Source: Tubiluchus corallicola | Taxonomy: Eukaryota > Animalia > Priapulida | Direction: 5' to 3' | NCBI GenBank assembly: GCA_030141605.1 | Contig: JAQGDQ010000685.1 | Location: forward strand, 48,914 to 112,913 | DNA: 64,000 bases | In this document: one piece after another, positions 1-12,000 of the stretch | Layout: each line of letters opens with the position of its first letter | How positions within the stretch are numbered: position 1 is the first letter of the stretch | Position numbers and translations under genes: made by a program | The notes under the pieces: model-generated | The model's input: only the letters and a program-made list of their open reading frames with translations | What the model was told of the DNA's origin: nothing | Database searches by the model: none

Positions 1-3000
1 CAAGACCATGCAGAACCAATGTGGTAAGAATTCTCATTTCAGGCACCCTTCAAATGCTGACTTAAACTAACTTAATTTATTTATGTCTGTACTTCAAAAC
101 ATATTATAAATTTGTTAATACACTTTGATGTTCATTCATACGTGTACTTTAAATAGTGTTGTAAATTTACTCATTTTTTACTCATCTTTGCAGTTTATTT
201 ATGTCTGTACTTCAAAACATATTATAAATTTATTAATACACTTTGATGTTCATTCATACGTGTACTTTAAATAGTGTTGTAAATTTACTCATTTTTTACT
301 CATCTTTGCAGTTTATTTATGTCTGTACTTCAAAACATGTTATCAATTTATTAATATACTTTGATGTTCATTCATACGTATACTTTAAATAGTGCTGTAA
401 ATTTACTCATCGTTGCAGCTAAGTTTACTCATACATATGTTTGAAAACACGTATGTTTAATTACATACTTCGAAACATATTTTATACACGTACAAGTACA
501 CAAAGTCAGTTTAACGTGTTTTGAAGTACGCATATTTGAACTTATAAAACATTGTTCCAAATTTATTAACAAGGTAGGAATGAGTTTCTTCAAAACACGT
601 TCAAAGTTTGGGTGATACGTATATTTCAAGACGTGTTTTAAGGTTACCATATGTTCAAAAAACTCACAAAAATTTTTGAAAATAGGAAGATTTCTCTGGA
701 AACAAAAATTAGAATATTCTCAGCCTTAGTCGAAACTGTATTTCTGTATAACTCTGAGCTCTGGACATTAAAAGCAAATCATAAAGCTGAAATCGATGCG
801 TTTCAAAGGCGAAATTACAGAAACATTTTGGGTATTAGATGGCCAAAGAAAATTTCAAACAAAGATCTATATGAAGAAATAAAAGAAGAACCTTGGACAA
901 GAAAAATAAAAAGACGCCGTTTAAGATGGATTGGGCATATGCTTAGACTACCTGATGATATTCCAGTAAAGATAGCTCTTCAACAAGCCATAGAACAGCT
1001 AAAAAACCTGCAGGAGGACAAATGTTAACAAATTTAGATTTTGCACAGAAAGATTTAAACACTTCAGCATTGATCCTTAGAAATAAATCCACTTGGGGCA
1101 TTACGGCGAGCAGGGAGTCCTGGCATAGGGAGGTGAGCAGAATCATGTGCCTGGACGTATGATTCATTGGGTGATGATGATGATGATATCGTAAATAAAT
1201 TGTTTTTCACGAATTTAATATATTAGCTGAGATAGTTACTGACAATTTTTAATTCCTGACTTTAGGACAGAGAAGCAGCTGAAAGATGTGATTATAACCC
1301 ACGATCCACCACGGACTAGAGTAGACAAGGTAAGACGTTTAAAATGCATCTTCAAAAAACGATCTTCTAATGACGATGGAACATTGTGCTAAAACTAAAT
1401 TTACACTACATTCGCTTCAACAAAAAAACTAATGACATTATGGTACTGCGAACACGGGGCATTTCACAAATTAGAGGTCGTAGTGTTCCACGTGCAATTT
1501 AAATTCGGTTCAAATCCACGCTCGTCTGTAACTTATTCACATTTTTGTCAAATTCAGTTCAATAGCGGTTTATTTTTTCTTTCATCAACAGTGCTGAAAA
1601 CAAATTTCGCACGTAACCTGTTTTTGCATGTAATATTGAAAATTTGTCTAAATAAACCTTTTCACAGATTCGTTGTGCGCACGCGCAGTTTCTGCAGGTC
1701 AAAGATTAAGTGTACCACAGCAACGCGTCTTAACTACAATCGCCATGTGACGTTAAGCAAAACAAAGCCGCCTGTCGCATCAGTTCAGTAACTTCAGTTG
1801 ATTTGACGAACTTTGCTTAACTATGCATTAGTTTGTGCACAGAGTGATTTGCTAGCAGGATCTTGCTTGGGAACAAGAAAAAATGAACTAGGTAAGGTCT
1901 AGCTAGCTGTTATAACTGTTACTATTACAATAGCATGGGCTGCGAGGCACAAATACGTTGTTCGGTACACTCAACCTTTGACCTTTTCGCGATCATCATC
2001 AATCGCTGGAACTGTGAAAAGACTCATTGAAAACGTTTTTCTTTCAGGCGGCTTATTACACTGTACAGACTTTGAGGTCAGCATTCGATCTCTTCTCTGG
2101 TTATTCATTTGGACGAATGACAGAAGCAAAATGGATCAGGTAAAAAACCATCTCAGTAAACTGAAAACGACAGTTAGTTGTTTGGTTGGTTAATTAGTCA
2201 GACAGTAGTAGCTAGTTTGTCAATCAACGAGCATGTCAAAGTTCAGTCTGCATAAGATAAGACAGTATGTCAGTCAATTAGCGAGACAGCAAGACATTCA
2301 GTCAATCAACCAGATAGTCAGTTAATCAACCAGACGGTCAGTCACTGAAATGATCTAACAGGCAATAAGTCGGTCAACTAATAACGCAGGCAGTCAGTTA
2401 GTCAAACAAGCAAGCAGTCAGTCAATTAGAGATTTTGTTAACCAGTTATTCAGTCAATTATTGTGCTGGTAGCTTGGTCGTTGAGTCGGTCAGTCAGTCA
2501 CAAGTTGTTTAGTCATCCATTTGGCTAGTCAGTCAGCAGTGTAGACAAGTAAACAGATAGAACAGCATTGGTCAATCAGTTAGTCAGTTAGTTAGTGACT
2601 GAACTTGCTTTTGTTACTTTGATTACCTAACAAATCAAGAAAGAGAGAAAGAGAGAGATAGCATTTCCTTAGTCAATATACAGCTGGAGGTAACTTTATA
2701 AACAGACCTTTTTCGCCGTGAAGCCGGTCTCATTCTCATTCTTCTGCAACATGTTCAAGAACAAAGTTGAACCGGTTAACAGTTAGCTTATTACCATCGT
2801 TTCTGGAGCAGTAAGCAAAGACTATGTACAATGCTCGTGCGTTATTGATCACCAGTGGTTTGGTTTATTAGCGTTTAACATTTCACGCAGTTTCAACCTT
2901 GCGCAAAATGCTTTTGTTGTAGCTTATGATTTGTGTGGCATGATGTTGGTGGGTCGGTGGGTCGCGTAGCGTTGGGCGGAAAGCTTAATTAAGCGACTAA

Positions 3001-3305
3001 CAATGCTTTTCACTCCGGACTAACTACGTTTACTTGTGAACAAAACTCAGTAAAAGTAAAGTAGCCGAGTTTGAAGGATTTATCCTAATTTACAGGAGGA
3101 TAATATTCTTGGAGACAGTAGCTGGGGTTCCTGGAATGGTGGGAGGAATGATCAGACATCTTAACTCTTTACGTCGAATGAAGAGAGACCATGGTTGGAT
3201 TCACACATTACTAGGTACCTCTAATTATGGACTCTTGTTAACTCTTTCATTCCCTAATGGTTGAACTTTACTTTGCTATACTGTACAATTTGGTTATTTG
3301 TTACA

Positions 3306-3353
<48 letters not shown>

Positions 3354-6300
3354 ATAATCTTTATTTGCCATTAAAATACATTGATAATCACTGATAAAAA
3401 CTTTACAGAGATGATCAATCAGTGTTAGTTAATAAAAACTTACACTGCTAAAGGCAAATACGTCAGTGCAATCTAAACTACTGTGCAGTAATGGAAAGCA
3501 ACGACGAATAAAATCAAACATATTTACAACTATGCACAAAAAATGAAAAAATTATGATTTAATTAATATGGCCGTGGATATATGAATTCTGAGTTAGTGT
3601 GTATGTTGTCGTACCGGTGTGATGGTATTTCATATGTGGTTAATATTAGTGATTTTAATTTTGTTTTAAATACTAATAGGGACTTGATTTGTTTAACCTG
3701 TAATGGTAGAGAATTCCAAAGTAGAATTGCTTCTTAGGCGTAAATCTAGGAATGCTTTTTCAGATGAAGCTCAGAACGAAAGAATGCACTTGATAGTAGC
3801 ATTACAAATACGACAACCTGGACCAATATTCCGTGCAACTGTAATACTCGGTCAAGGTAAAAACAGTAGCACTTTAATAGTTGTTTTTCTATTCAAAAGG
3901 CGGCGCCATATTTCTTACATAACGTTCTATAGGAACATCAAATGTTTATAATACGCGTGTCGCTTTTTAGAACTAAAAAAAAGACAAGGCGATGTGAAAA
4001 GTTAATCTTTCTCCGACGCAGTTTCATTTTTTACATTTTCTTTGATTTGCAAATGTACACAATTCGTTTTACCTAGTGAATAGGATAGCTGAGAGGTTAC
4101 AATAGATCTGCGCTTAAAAACTGAAGTTAGGTAATACTAAATTTGATTGGTAACTGGACGAATGACTTCCCGCGTCATTGCCGTGCTACTGAGGATGTGA
4201 CTACTTATTCAAACTTGCCTTTTTCACCTTATCAGCATCCCATGTTAGAGAATTATCATTGAAAATGAGTTCTAATTGCTGCACAACTCTCTTTGTTGAG
4301 TACAGACCTGTGAGTAAGTGCTGGACACTGCCTTGCTGTGATTGAATTGCATAAAAACCCGGATTGTAAACAAACAACATAGAAAAACAATCTATTTGCA
4401 TTTCACAACATACTAATATGTGGGAAAGTACTGCTATGAACATTATTCTCTTACTGTCGTGGGTACAGGTGGCGCTGTTGGATTGTGAGCTGCAAGGATT
4501 TTTCAGTGTCTCCCAATGGGGGTATTAATGGCTTGCAGAAATTCTGGGAATCATTGACGTAAATAATTACCGTAATTATTCGAGTTTAACGCGCAAAATT
4601 TTCCATCCAAAAACAACTCAAAGTTTGGGTGCGCGTTATAAACGAGGGCTGGGGGTAGCTAAGGAAATAATCAACAATATTTGCGTCATCAGCAGACTTT
4701 GTCAGACGGTGCAACGTCTAGAGTCTACTCTATAACCTCTAGGTATAATTTAGACTCTAGACCGTTTGTCTAGACGGCGCCTGGCCCACGGAAATGTCAG
4801 AGATTAGAGTTGTTCAACAATGCACGTGTTCAACAACGTTTGTCACTTAAAATGCTTGGTCTGAGCCGAGAAAAAGTGAATCAAAATTTTATACCGATTT
4901 TTAATCGAAAATTAGGGGCGCGCGTTATACTCGAATAAATACGGTAATGAACGCAATTTATTTCAGGGGTTTTTGTTGGAGCATTCAGTCTTGCTTATTT
5001 GATCAGCCCCCGTTATTGTCATCGCTTTGTGGGATATTTAGAAGAGGAAGCAGTTAAAACTTACACAAAATGCTTAGAGGTAAACGTCTAGATACAAATT
5101 ATATAGTACAGATCTTGAATCTTAATAAGCCTTTTCACAGTTCCAGCGATTGATGAGAATCATGAAAAGATCAGAGGTTAAGTGTACCACACAACACATT
5201 TGTGTACATTGACAATGCCTCGCAGCCCAAGCTAATAGTAACAGCTTTAACAGTTAGCTAGAATCTTACCTAGGTCATTTTTTCCTGTTCCCAAACAAGA
5301 CCGTGCTAGTAAATCCCTCTATGTCGATGTAATACGACTTTACTGAACTGATGCAGCAGGCGGCTTTTCTTTACGCAAATGTCACGTGATTGTGCAGTTA
5401 AGACATGTTGTTGTGGTACACTTAACCTTTGACCTACAGCGAGTGCGCTTGTGAACAATGAAGCTGTGATAAGGCCTATTTGGACATAATAGTGATTGAG
5501 AATTGGAATAAACTTAAAAAATGATTACTTGAAATCAAACTCCGATTAAAAAAGAAAATGAAAGGAAAAAGTCAGAACTGGGCTTGGTTTTGAACCTGTG
5601 AACTTTGGATTACAAATTAACTGTCACAGCCGCTATTCCGAAGTCTTTTGTGATTCATTGCATGATATTCAGATTGTAATCCATCATCCTTGAACAGGAA
5701 AAAACTTTTTCCATATTTCCTTATTTTCAATCAAAACATGATTTAAAAAAAACTAATAAGTTTATAACAATTATAAAATTCATTAGTATAGACCTATAAT
5801 TATATTACATCTTTGCTTGCAGCAGTTTCCTCTATGTTTGTAAAACCCACACTCTGCAACAGGTTTAAGTCATATGGTAGTGTTATGCAGAACACTGCAC
5901 AAAATTTGTAATGTATTGTACTATTGTTACAGCATGTAATTTACAATGTATTGTACTATTGTTTACAGCATACACAACACTATATATAATTTACAATGTA
6001 TGGCAGTATTGTTTGCAGCATGTACTACACTATACATAATTTACAATGTGTGGTACTTGTGACGAGTTCTTATCTATGGTTTATATTTTAATGTTTGTGC
6101 TCACTAAGGTTTCCCCCTCGCTGTTTTTAGCGGCCAAGCCACGTGGCGTTACATTCTCTAGACGTATCATGGCAGCAGTCTTTGTGAATAAACAGATTAA
6201 TAAGCAAGAAAGATTTATGTTAAATGTTCTATAAAGTTTCTAACAAAGTTACAAATGTTGCCAAGACGTTACAGTACTATTGTTTGCAGCCTATACAACA

Positions 6301-6543
6301 CTATATATAATTTACAATGTATGATACTATTGTTTACAGCATATCAAGGAAGGTAGCATTATGCACTGGCAGAACACGGTGGCTTCAGACGTGGCTATTA
6401 ACTACTGGAGAATGAAGCCAGGTTCCACCATACACGACATGATCAGAAACATGAGAGCCGATGAAGCAAATCATAGAGAAGTCAACCACACCCTGGGCTT
6501 GCTGGGACAGTATGATGCGGTTCCTTTTCCTGCACCTAAATAG
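1..6543 (+). CDS. AOX: Alternative oxidase (mitochondrial ubiquinol oxidase), 5'-partial, 7 exons visible
   Basis: Phase-compatible GT-AG exons <1-23, 1266-1329, 2048-2139, 3096-3214, 3764-3856, 4967-5079, 6340-6543. They encode [66 protein letters not shown], i.e. all four AOX diiron motifs (LET, NERMHL, LEEEA, RADE..H). Confidence 0.96.
75..420. repeat. ~117-bp tandem repeat x3 in AOX intron
   Basis: tttatttatgtctgtacttcaaaacat...aaatttactcat recurs three times. Confidence 0.85.
640..1187 (+). mobile_element. RTE-clade LINE 3' fragment
   Basis: ORF 651-1028 has [37 protein letters not shown], typical of the RTE ORF2 C-terminus. Ends in a (TGA)n tail. Second copy at 31860-32312. Confidence 0.85.
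1655..2025. mobile_element. MITE family A (TIR AGCCTTTTCACAG), copy 1
   Basis: Homologous to copies at 5128-5477, 14734-15124 and 31027-31402; terminal inverted repeats. Confidence 0.8.
2190..2600. repeat. Degenerate (AGTC/AGTT)n simple repeat
   Basis: Recurrent agtcagtc/tagttag words. Confidence 0.55.
3308..3720 (-). mobile_element. CR1/L2-like LINE 3' end with adjacent (TA)n
   Basis: Near-identical to 63530-63910; minus strand reads [20 protein letters not shown], a LINE ORF2 C-terminus. Confidence 0.75.
4570..4944. mobile_element. Tc1/mariner-pogo-like MITE
   Basis: TA|CCGTAATTATTCGAGTTTAACGCGC ... GCGCGTTATACTCGAATAAATACGG|TA inverted termini. Confidence 0.75.
5128..5477. mobile_element. 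MITE family A, copy 2
   Basis: agccttttcacagttccagcg...ctgtgataaggcc; homologous to the other family A copies. Confidence 0.8.
5895..6342 (+). repeat. Degenerate ~30-50 bp tandem copies of the AOX last-exon acceptor region, interrupted by ~200 bp
   Basis: tacaatgtat..tactattgttt(a/g)cagcat recurs about 5 times; the last copy is the real acceptor. Confidence 0.65.
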
Positions 6544-7178
6544 GTGCTTTGAACATCACCACTCCCCCCTCCCCCCCTCCTTGTACATGAGAGATTCTTG
6601 TAAATATTAAGGTACCTAAACATCGAAATTAATTGCGTTTATTGTTGATAATGTCAGTTTTTGACAATTAATTACAGTTTTGCTGATTATCTTTAACCTC
6701 AGTTTACATTGTGAAGAGTACTTTAGTTTTTATTTTTACAGAAAATATACGATACTCCCTCTGTTGGAAAGAAATGTCTGTACAGTTCATTGTCACAATT
6801 AATTGTACTGAATAAGAAAATGGACATTGCATTCCACCAGGGTACAATGTTCTCAACTGCCTAGCCAGTACATTCCAAATGCTAATTCAATGATAATTAT
6901 TTTCAAATGATTCTACTCACAGAATTTCTAATGAGGTCTAGCGGATTTCATGCAGTTATTATCACATTACAATTTGACCTCATTTTGAGTATGTTTGCAA
7001 TGTAACAATATTTTTGCATAATAACCAGTAGTCGAGTATTTTTTCTCTATTGCAGTAAGTTCCTCTATATGCAAAATGGATTATGTATAATACTCATTAC
7101 TGCAATTTGTATACTGTAGTAGCCTTTCATTTTAAATAGCGGTTATCGTGACCGTTGCTTGGTTAGTGGTAAGCTATA

Positions 7179-7399
7179 CAGGGGTGCCGGAGCCATGGGG
7201 CAGCGGCCCCCATTTAAAACGTGTGGTTATACATGATTACCCGTAGGAGTTTACCCGAGAAGGCATTTTGGGTGCTTTAAATATACCCTTATATTTAAGT
7301 CATATCGTTACTAGCGTGACCATAGAAATATGGGTAAACAAAATGTACCCTTTTCAAAAATGCTGCCCCCACCTCTGTATTTTGCTGCTGGCACCTCTG
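7179..7399. mobile_element. Short hAT-like MITE downstream of the AOX stop
   Basis: CAGGGGTGCCGG...CTGGCACCTCTG imperfect TIRs; degenerate 8-bp flanks aagctata/aagattta. Confidence 0.5.
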
Positions 7400-9050
7400 A
7401 AGATTTAGATGTCAGTCGTGAAGTGAGTTGTTTTATTTTTAATAGAAGTTAAAAAATTTATAAGCTATTAATAGTTCAACTATGAAACTGCGAAAATTTT
7501 TGAGAATTCAAATTAATGCAACTGAGACAAATTATTGCTGATTTCTCATTTATTTTAAATTATAATTTTGAACTGATTTTGGAATTACAAAAGATGTATA
7601 TATAGTGCAGTTGCAACTTAAAGATAATAATTATTAATCATAATCATGTGTACATATTACAGCCTATATAAGCTTACAATAAATTGTTTTACTGTGAAAA
7701 ATATACCACTGAAATGTATCTAAATATAATATATTTTTTGTAAAGCCTAGACAAACTCCATTAGACAAACTCCATAGTTATTATTACAGATAAGTAAACA
7801 ATACAGTAACATAGGTACATAAACATGGCACTGATATAGACATGGAACATACCATCAAACATAGAAACTTTAACAATAAACAACTTTACAACTGTACTAG
7901 GTAATAAGAATATCACAAATGTCAAAATTAATTATAGGCCTAACCATTTACAATCAAAACTTAAATATTCCAGGAGTAATTATCATAAATATGTTAATGA
8001 TTAGCTTCTTACACAGTTTTTGATTAATACATCATTACTGTTTTCTTAATCATCACACTTCAGCTTAGAGAGTTCAAGTAATGACTAGCCTGTCCCGGGC
8101 GTTGCTGCTCATATCTTCAACCTGGAAAAACAGAATGTTCATATTTAAGGGAATACCTGGAAAGGTCAAGCCTTCTGCGAAGTTAAGCTTATTTCAATGT
8201 TTGCAAAAAATGTTAAAAGGACTTGGTAATAAAACTGCAATAAGCGTCTCTTGTAATTAGTAAAATCACTTTAAAATTGCGATCACTTCATGCTTGAGTG
8301 CTTCCATTTTCAATGTCCATTCCTCTTCAAGTGATGTCATTCATCTTCAACAAAAGTAGCATACTGTCAATCTTCAGCAAAAGTACAATAAGTTTTTACA
8401 AAAAAATTAGATAGTAATTTTGTAATATTTTTGCTTAAACATTAGGTAAGCTGCAGAACTGTGAATTAGTTTAAGCAGTGTGTGCTTACGGAAAGTGACG
8501 TTTTGTCATTTTTCCACCAGTGACGTTGTGTCATTTTTCTACCAATGACGTATGTTCATTGGCTAAAGAAAAGCAACACACTGCCAATTTTCTTCAAAAG
8601 TTTAATAAGTTTTTCAAACTAATTTTGTGACATTTTTTGCACGAACATTAGGTAAGCTGCAGAACTGTGAATTAGTTTAAACAGCGTGCGCTCCTGCAGT
8701 GTTTACGGAAAACCACGAATCTCTCCCTGTTACGTCATGATTTTCAAGTGTCTGGTGGCAACGACCTGAAAATTTGTATTCAGAGGCAGTATATCCTAAA
8801 TTTATGCTTTATAGGCAGTTTTTTTGCACATTTCTTTCTTACATTTTTCTATGTTCAAGTGATAACAGTACAATGAACCCAGCATACTGAGTGACTTGTT
8901 ATTTCCTTTAAAACAAGCCAAAGATAGTTTAAAGTAGTCAGGGAATGTTGCCACTAAGTAAAACAATAGAGAACTGATAATGAATTCTTGCAACACGTGT
9001 GCCTTTGCTAAGAAGAGGTGTGCTAATATCCTTGCCTGTTCAACTTGACC

Positions 9051-12000
9051 TCATACGGTCTCAACACACTGCAATTCTGAGACAAGTTGCTCAAATAGTA
9101 GTATCACCCACAAGCAAACTTGATCTTAGACAGTGTTACAAGCTTGCAAACGATATCAGAGAGTGTTACAAGCTTGCAAACGATATCAGAGAGAGTTACA
9201 AGCTTGCAAACGATCTCAGAGAGTGTTACAAGCTTGCAAACGATCTCAGAGAGTGTTACAAGCTTGCAAACGATCTCAGAGAGTGTTACAAGTTTGCAAA
9301 CGATCTCAGAGAGTGTTACAAGCTTGCAAGCGATATCAGAGAGAGAGTCACAAGCCTGCAAACGATCTCAGAGAGAGTTACAAGCTTGCAAACGATATCA
9401 GAGAGTGTGTTACAAGCTTGCAAACGATATCAGAGAATGTTACAAGCTTGCAAATGATATCAGAGAGAGTTACAAGCTTGCAAACGATATCAGAGAGAGC
9501 GTTACAAGCTTGCAAACGATCTCAGAGAGTGTTACAAGCTTGCAAACGATATCAGAGAGTGCTACAAGCTTGCAAACGATTTCAGAGAGAGTTACAAGCT
9601 TGCAAATGATATCAGAGCGTTTGCAACACGTGTTTACAACTATGTTACAAGCTTGCAAACGATATCAGAGAGAGTTACAAGCTTGCAAATGATATCAGAT
9701 GGTGTTACAAGCTTGCAAACGATCTCAGAGAGTGTTACAAGCTTGCAAACGATCTCAGAGAGTGTTACAAGCTTGCAAACGATATAAGAGAGAGTTACAA
9801 GCTTGCAAATGATATCAGAGAGAGTTACAAGCTTGCAAACGATCTCAGAGAGAGTTACAAGCTTGTAAACGATATCGGACAGTGTCACAAGCTTGCAAAC
9901 GATATCAGAGAGAGTTACAAGCTTGCAAACCATCTCAGAGAGTGTTACAAGCTTGCAAACGATATCGGACAGTGTCACAAGCTTGCAAACGATCTCAGGC
10001 AGTGTTACAAGCTTGCAAACGATCTCGGAGAGTGTTACAAGCTTGCAAACGATATCGGAGAGAGTTACAAGCTTGCAAACGATCTCAGAGAGTGTTACAA
10101 GCTTGCAAACGATCTTAGAGAGTGTTACAAGCTTGCAAGCGATTTCAGAGAGAGAGAGTTACAAGCCTGCAAACGATCTCAGAGAGAGTTACAAGCTTGC
10201 AAACGATATCAGAGAGAGTGTTACAAGCTTGCAAACGATATCAGAGAATGTTACAAGCTTGCAAACGATATCAGAGAGAGTTACAAGCTTGCAAACGATA
10301 TCAGAGAGAGTGTTACAAGCTTGCAAACGATCTCAGAGAGTGTTACAAGCTTGCAAACGATATCAGAGAGTGTTACAAGCTTGCAAACGATATCAGAGAG
10401 AGTTACAACCTTGCAAACGATATCAGAGAGAGTTACAAGCTTGCAAACGATCTTAGACAGTGTCACAAGCTTGCAAACGATCTTAGACAGTGTCACAAGC
10501 TTGCAAACGATCTTAGACAGTGTCACAAGCTTGCAAACGATCTCAGAGAGTGTTACAAGCTTGCAAACGATATCGGACAGTGTCACAAGCTTTAAAACGA
10601 TCTCAGATCATGCCACAAGCTTGCAAACGAAGTGTCTTACTTCATCATGTTCATCAGTCAATGGGGTCCTGTGATTATCCTGCCCGCAGCGTCGAGTAAG
10701 CCTCGGACTCACACGTTTCACAGTCTCCTGGACAGAGGTCAAGCACTTCTCTGCATACTCCTTGGTTGCAACTGTAGCTTGAGCAGTAGCTTGCTGCAGA
10801 AATATCATAACAGTAAAAGCTACTTGTTTTATGCTAACCAGAGATGAACTGCAAACAGGGATGAGTGAAACTCCCATGGCAAATAATTATTTTAATGCAA
10901 GTATGTGGTAACAAGCAACAAATTACATAATCTAAAGTGCAATGTAATTAATTAACAAAAGAAAAATTCATTTGAAATTTTCTAAACTTCTCAATCCATA
11001 AACGATCAAAAAACGAAATGTAAAAAAAAAACGCAAGTTGGATTTGAACCGCTACCATCAAGTTACAAATTTAACAGCTCTTAAATGTTGAGCTTATAAC
11101 TCAAATGTTGTCTATTTCACAAACAGGAAATTTTAACAAATTATCAGCTAATTGCATTAAAAAGGTTAAAGAAGTTATAAAGAAACCTGAAATTCTGGAA
11201 AAATGTTTGCAGTTCCGTTGTTCTCCATCTTGGATGCCATTTTCTTTATTAGAATCTTGGGAGACACTTTTCCTTCAGGCTTCTCTGACACAGCAAGATT
11301 TTGGGAATTAGTTTCAGGAATGGAAAGTTGAAGTGTCTCCAATTCTGGCATGTTTCTTGGAGAACTCGAATCATTCATCGATATTAAGGCCTGTTGTTTT
11401 TGATTACCAGGAATGCTCAATGTTTGTCCCGTTTCCTACAAATATATTAATCCAGTCACTCCCTAATCTGGTGAATTCATATTGTAATCCGGTCGCAAGA
11501 CAAAACACATAAATAACAGAGTTTCTTTAGATTAAAAACCCATTAACCAACTCAACCAAGATATGCAAAACAATAATTATTAATAACATTTGCCACTGAT
11601 GAATTACTGGTGGTAAATAAACAGTGATTTCTACCACAATGTTGCAGTCGCTGCGTGCTTAAAGGACAAGAAAAGGGGTACCTGAAGTAGGCTTCAGAAA
11701 AATCGCCTTAAAAATTAAGTTGCTTTACAGCAATTTTATGCGTATGTCTTACTCGCGCTGAAAGGAATTTTAGTTTGTTTTCGTTTTAAATCTCCCGCAA
11801 TACTGTTCCGAAGTCGCCATTACATGACGTCATCTACCAAACGTAAATCAAGGGAAGAAAAGGCAATGTTAAATTATATCTCAAAAGATTTTCCTTGCAA
11901 ATCTATATTACTTAGAATTTCGCTTACCTACTAGAAAGACTTATGTAACTAGAAAAGAAAATTATTAATTATTTACATGTTTTCACCAATTGGTAAAATG

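Noticed and set aside
3764-3790. [13 protein letters not shown] instead of EEAENERMHL
   Set aside because: The iron-ligand E and H of NERMH are intact and the changed positions vary among AOXs; no evidence of inactivation.
8999-10674. Many overlapping repetitive ORFs (SVTSLQTISE, CYKLANDLRE)
   Set aside because: They are translations of the 30-bp minisatellite in several frames on both strands, inside a predicted intron.
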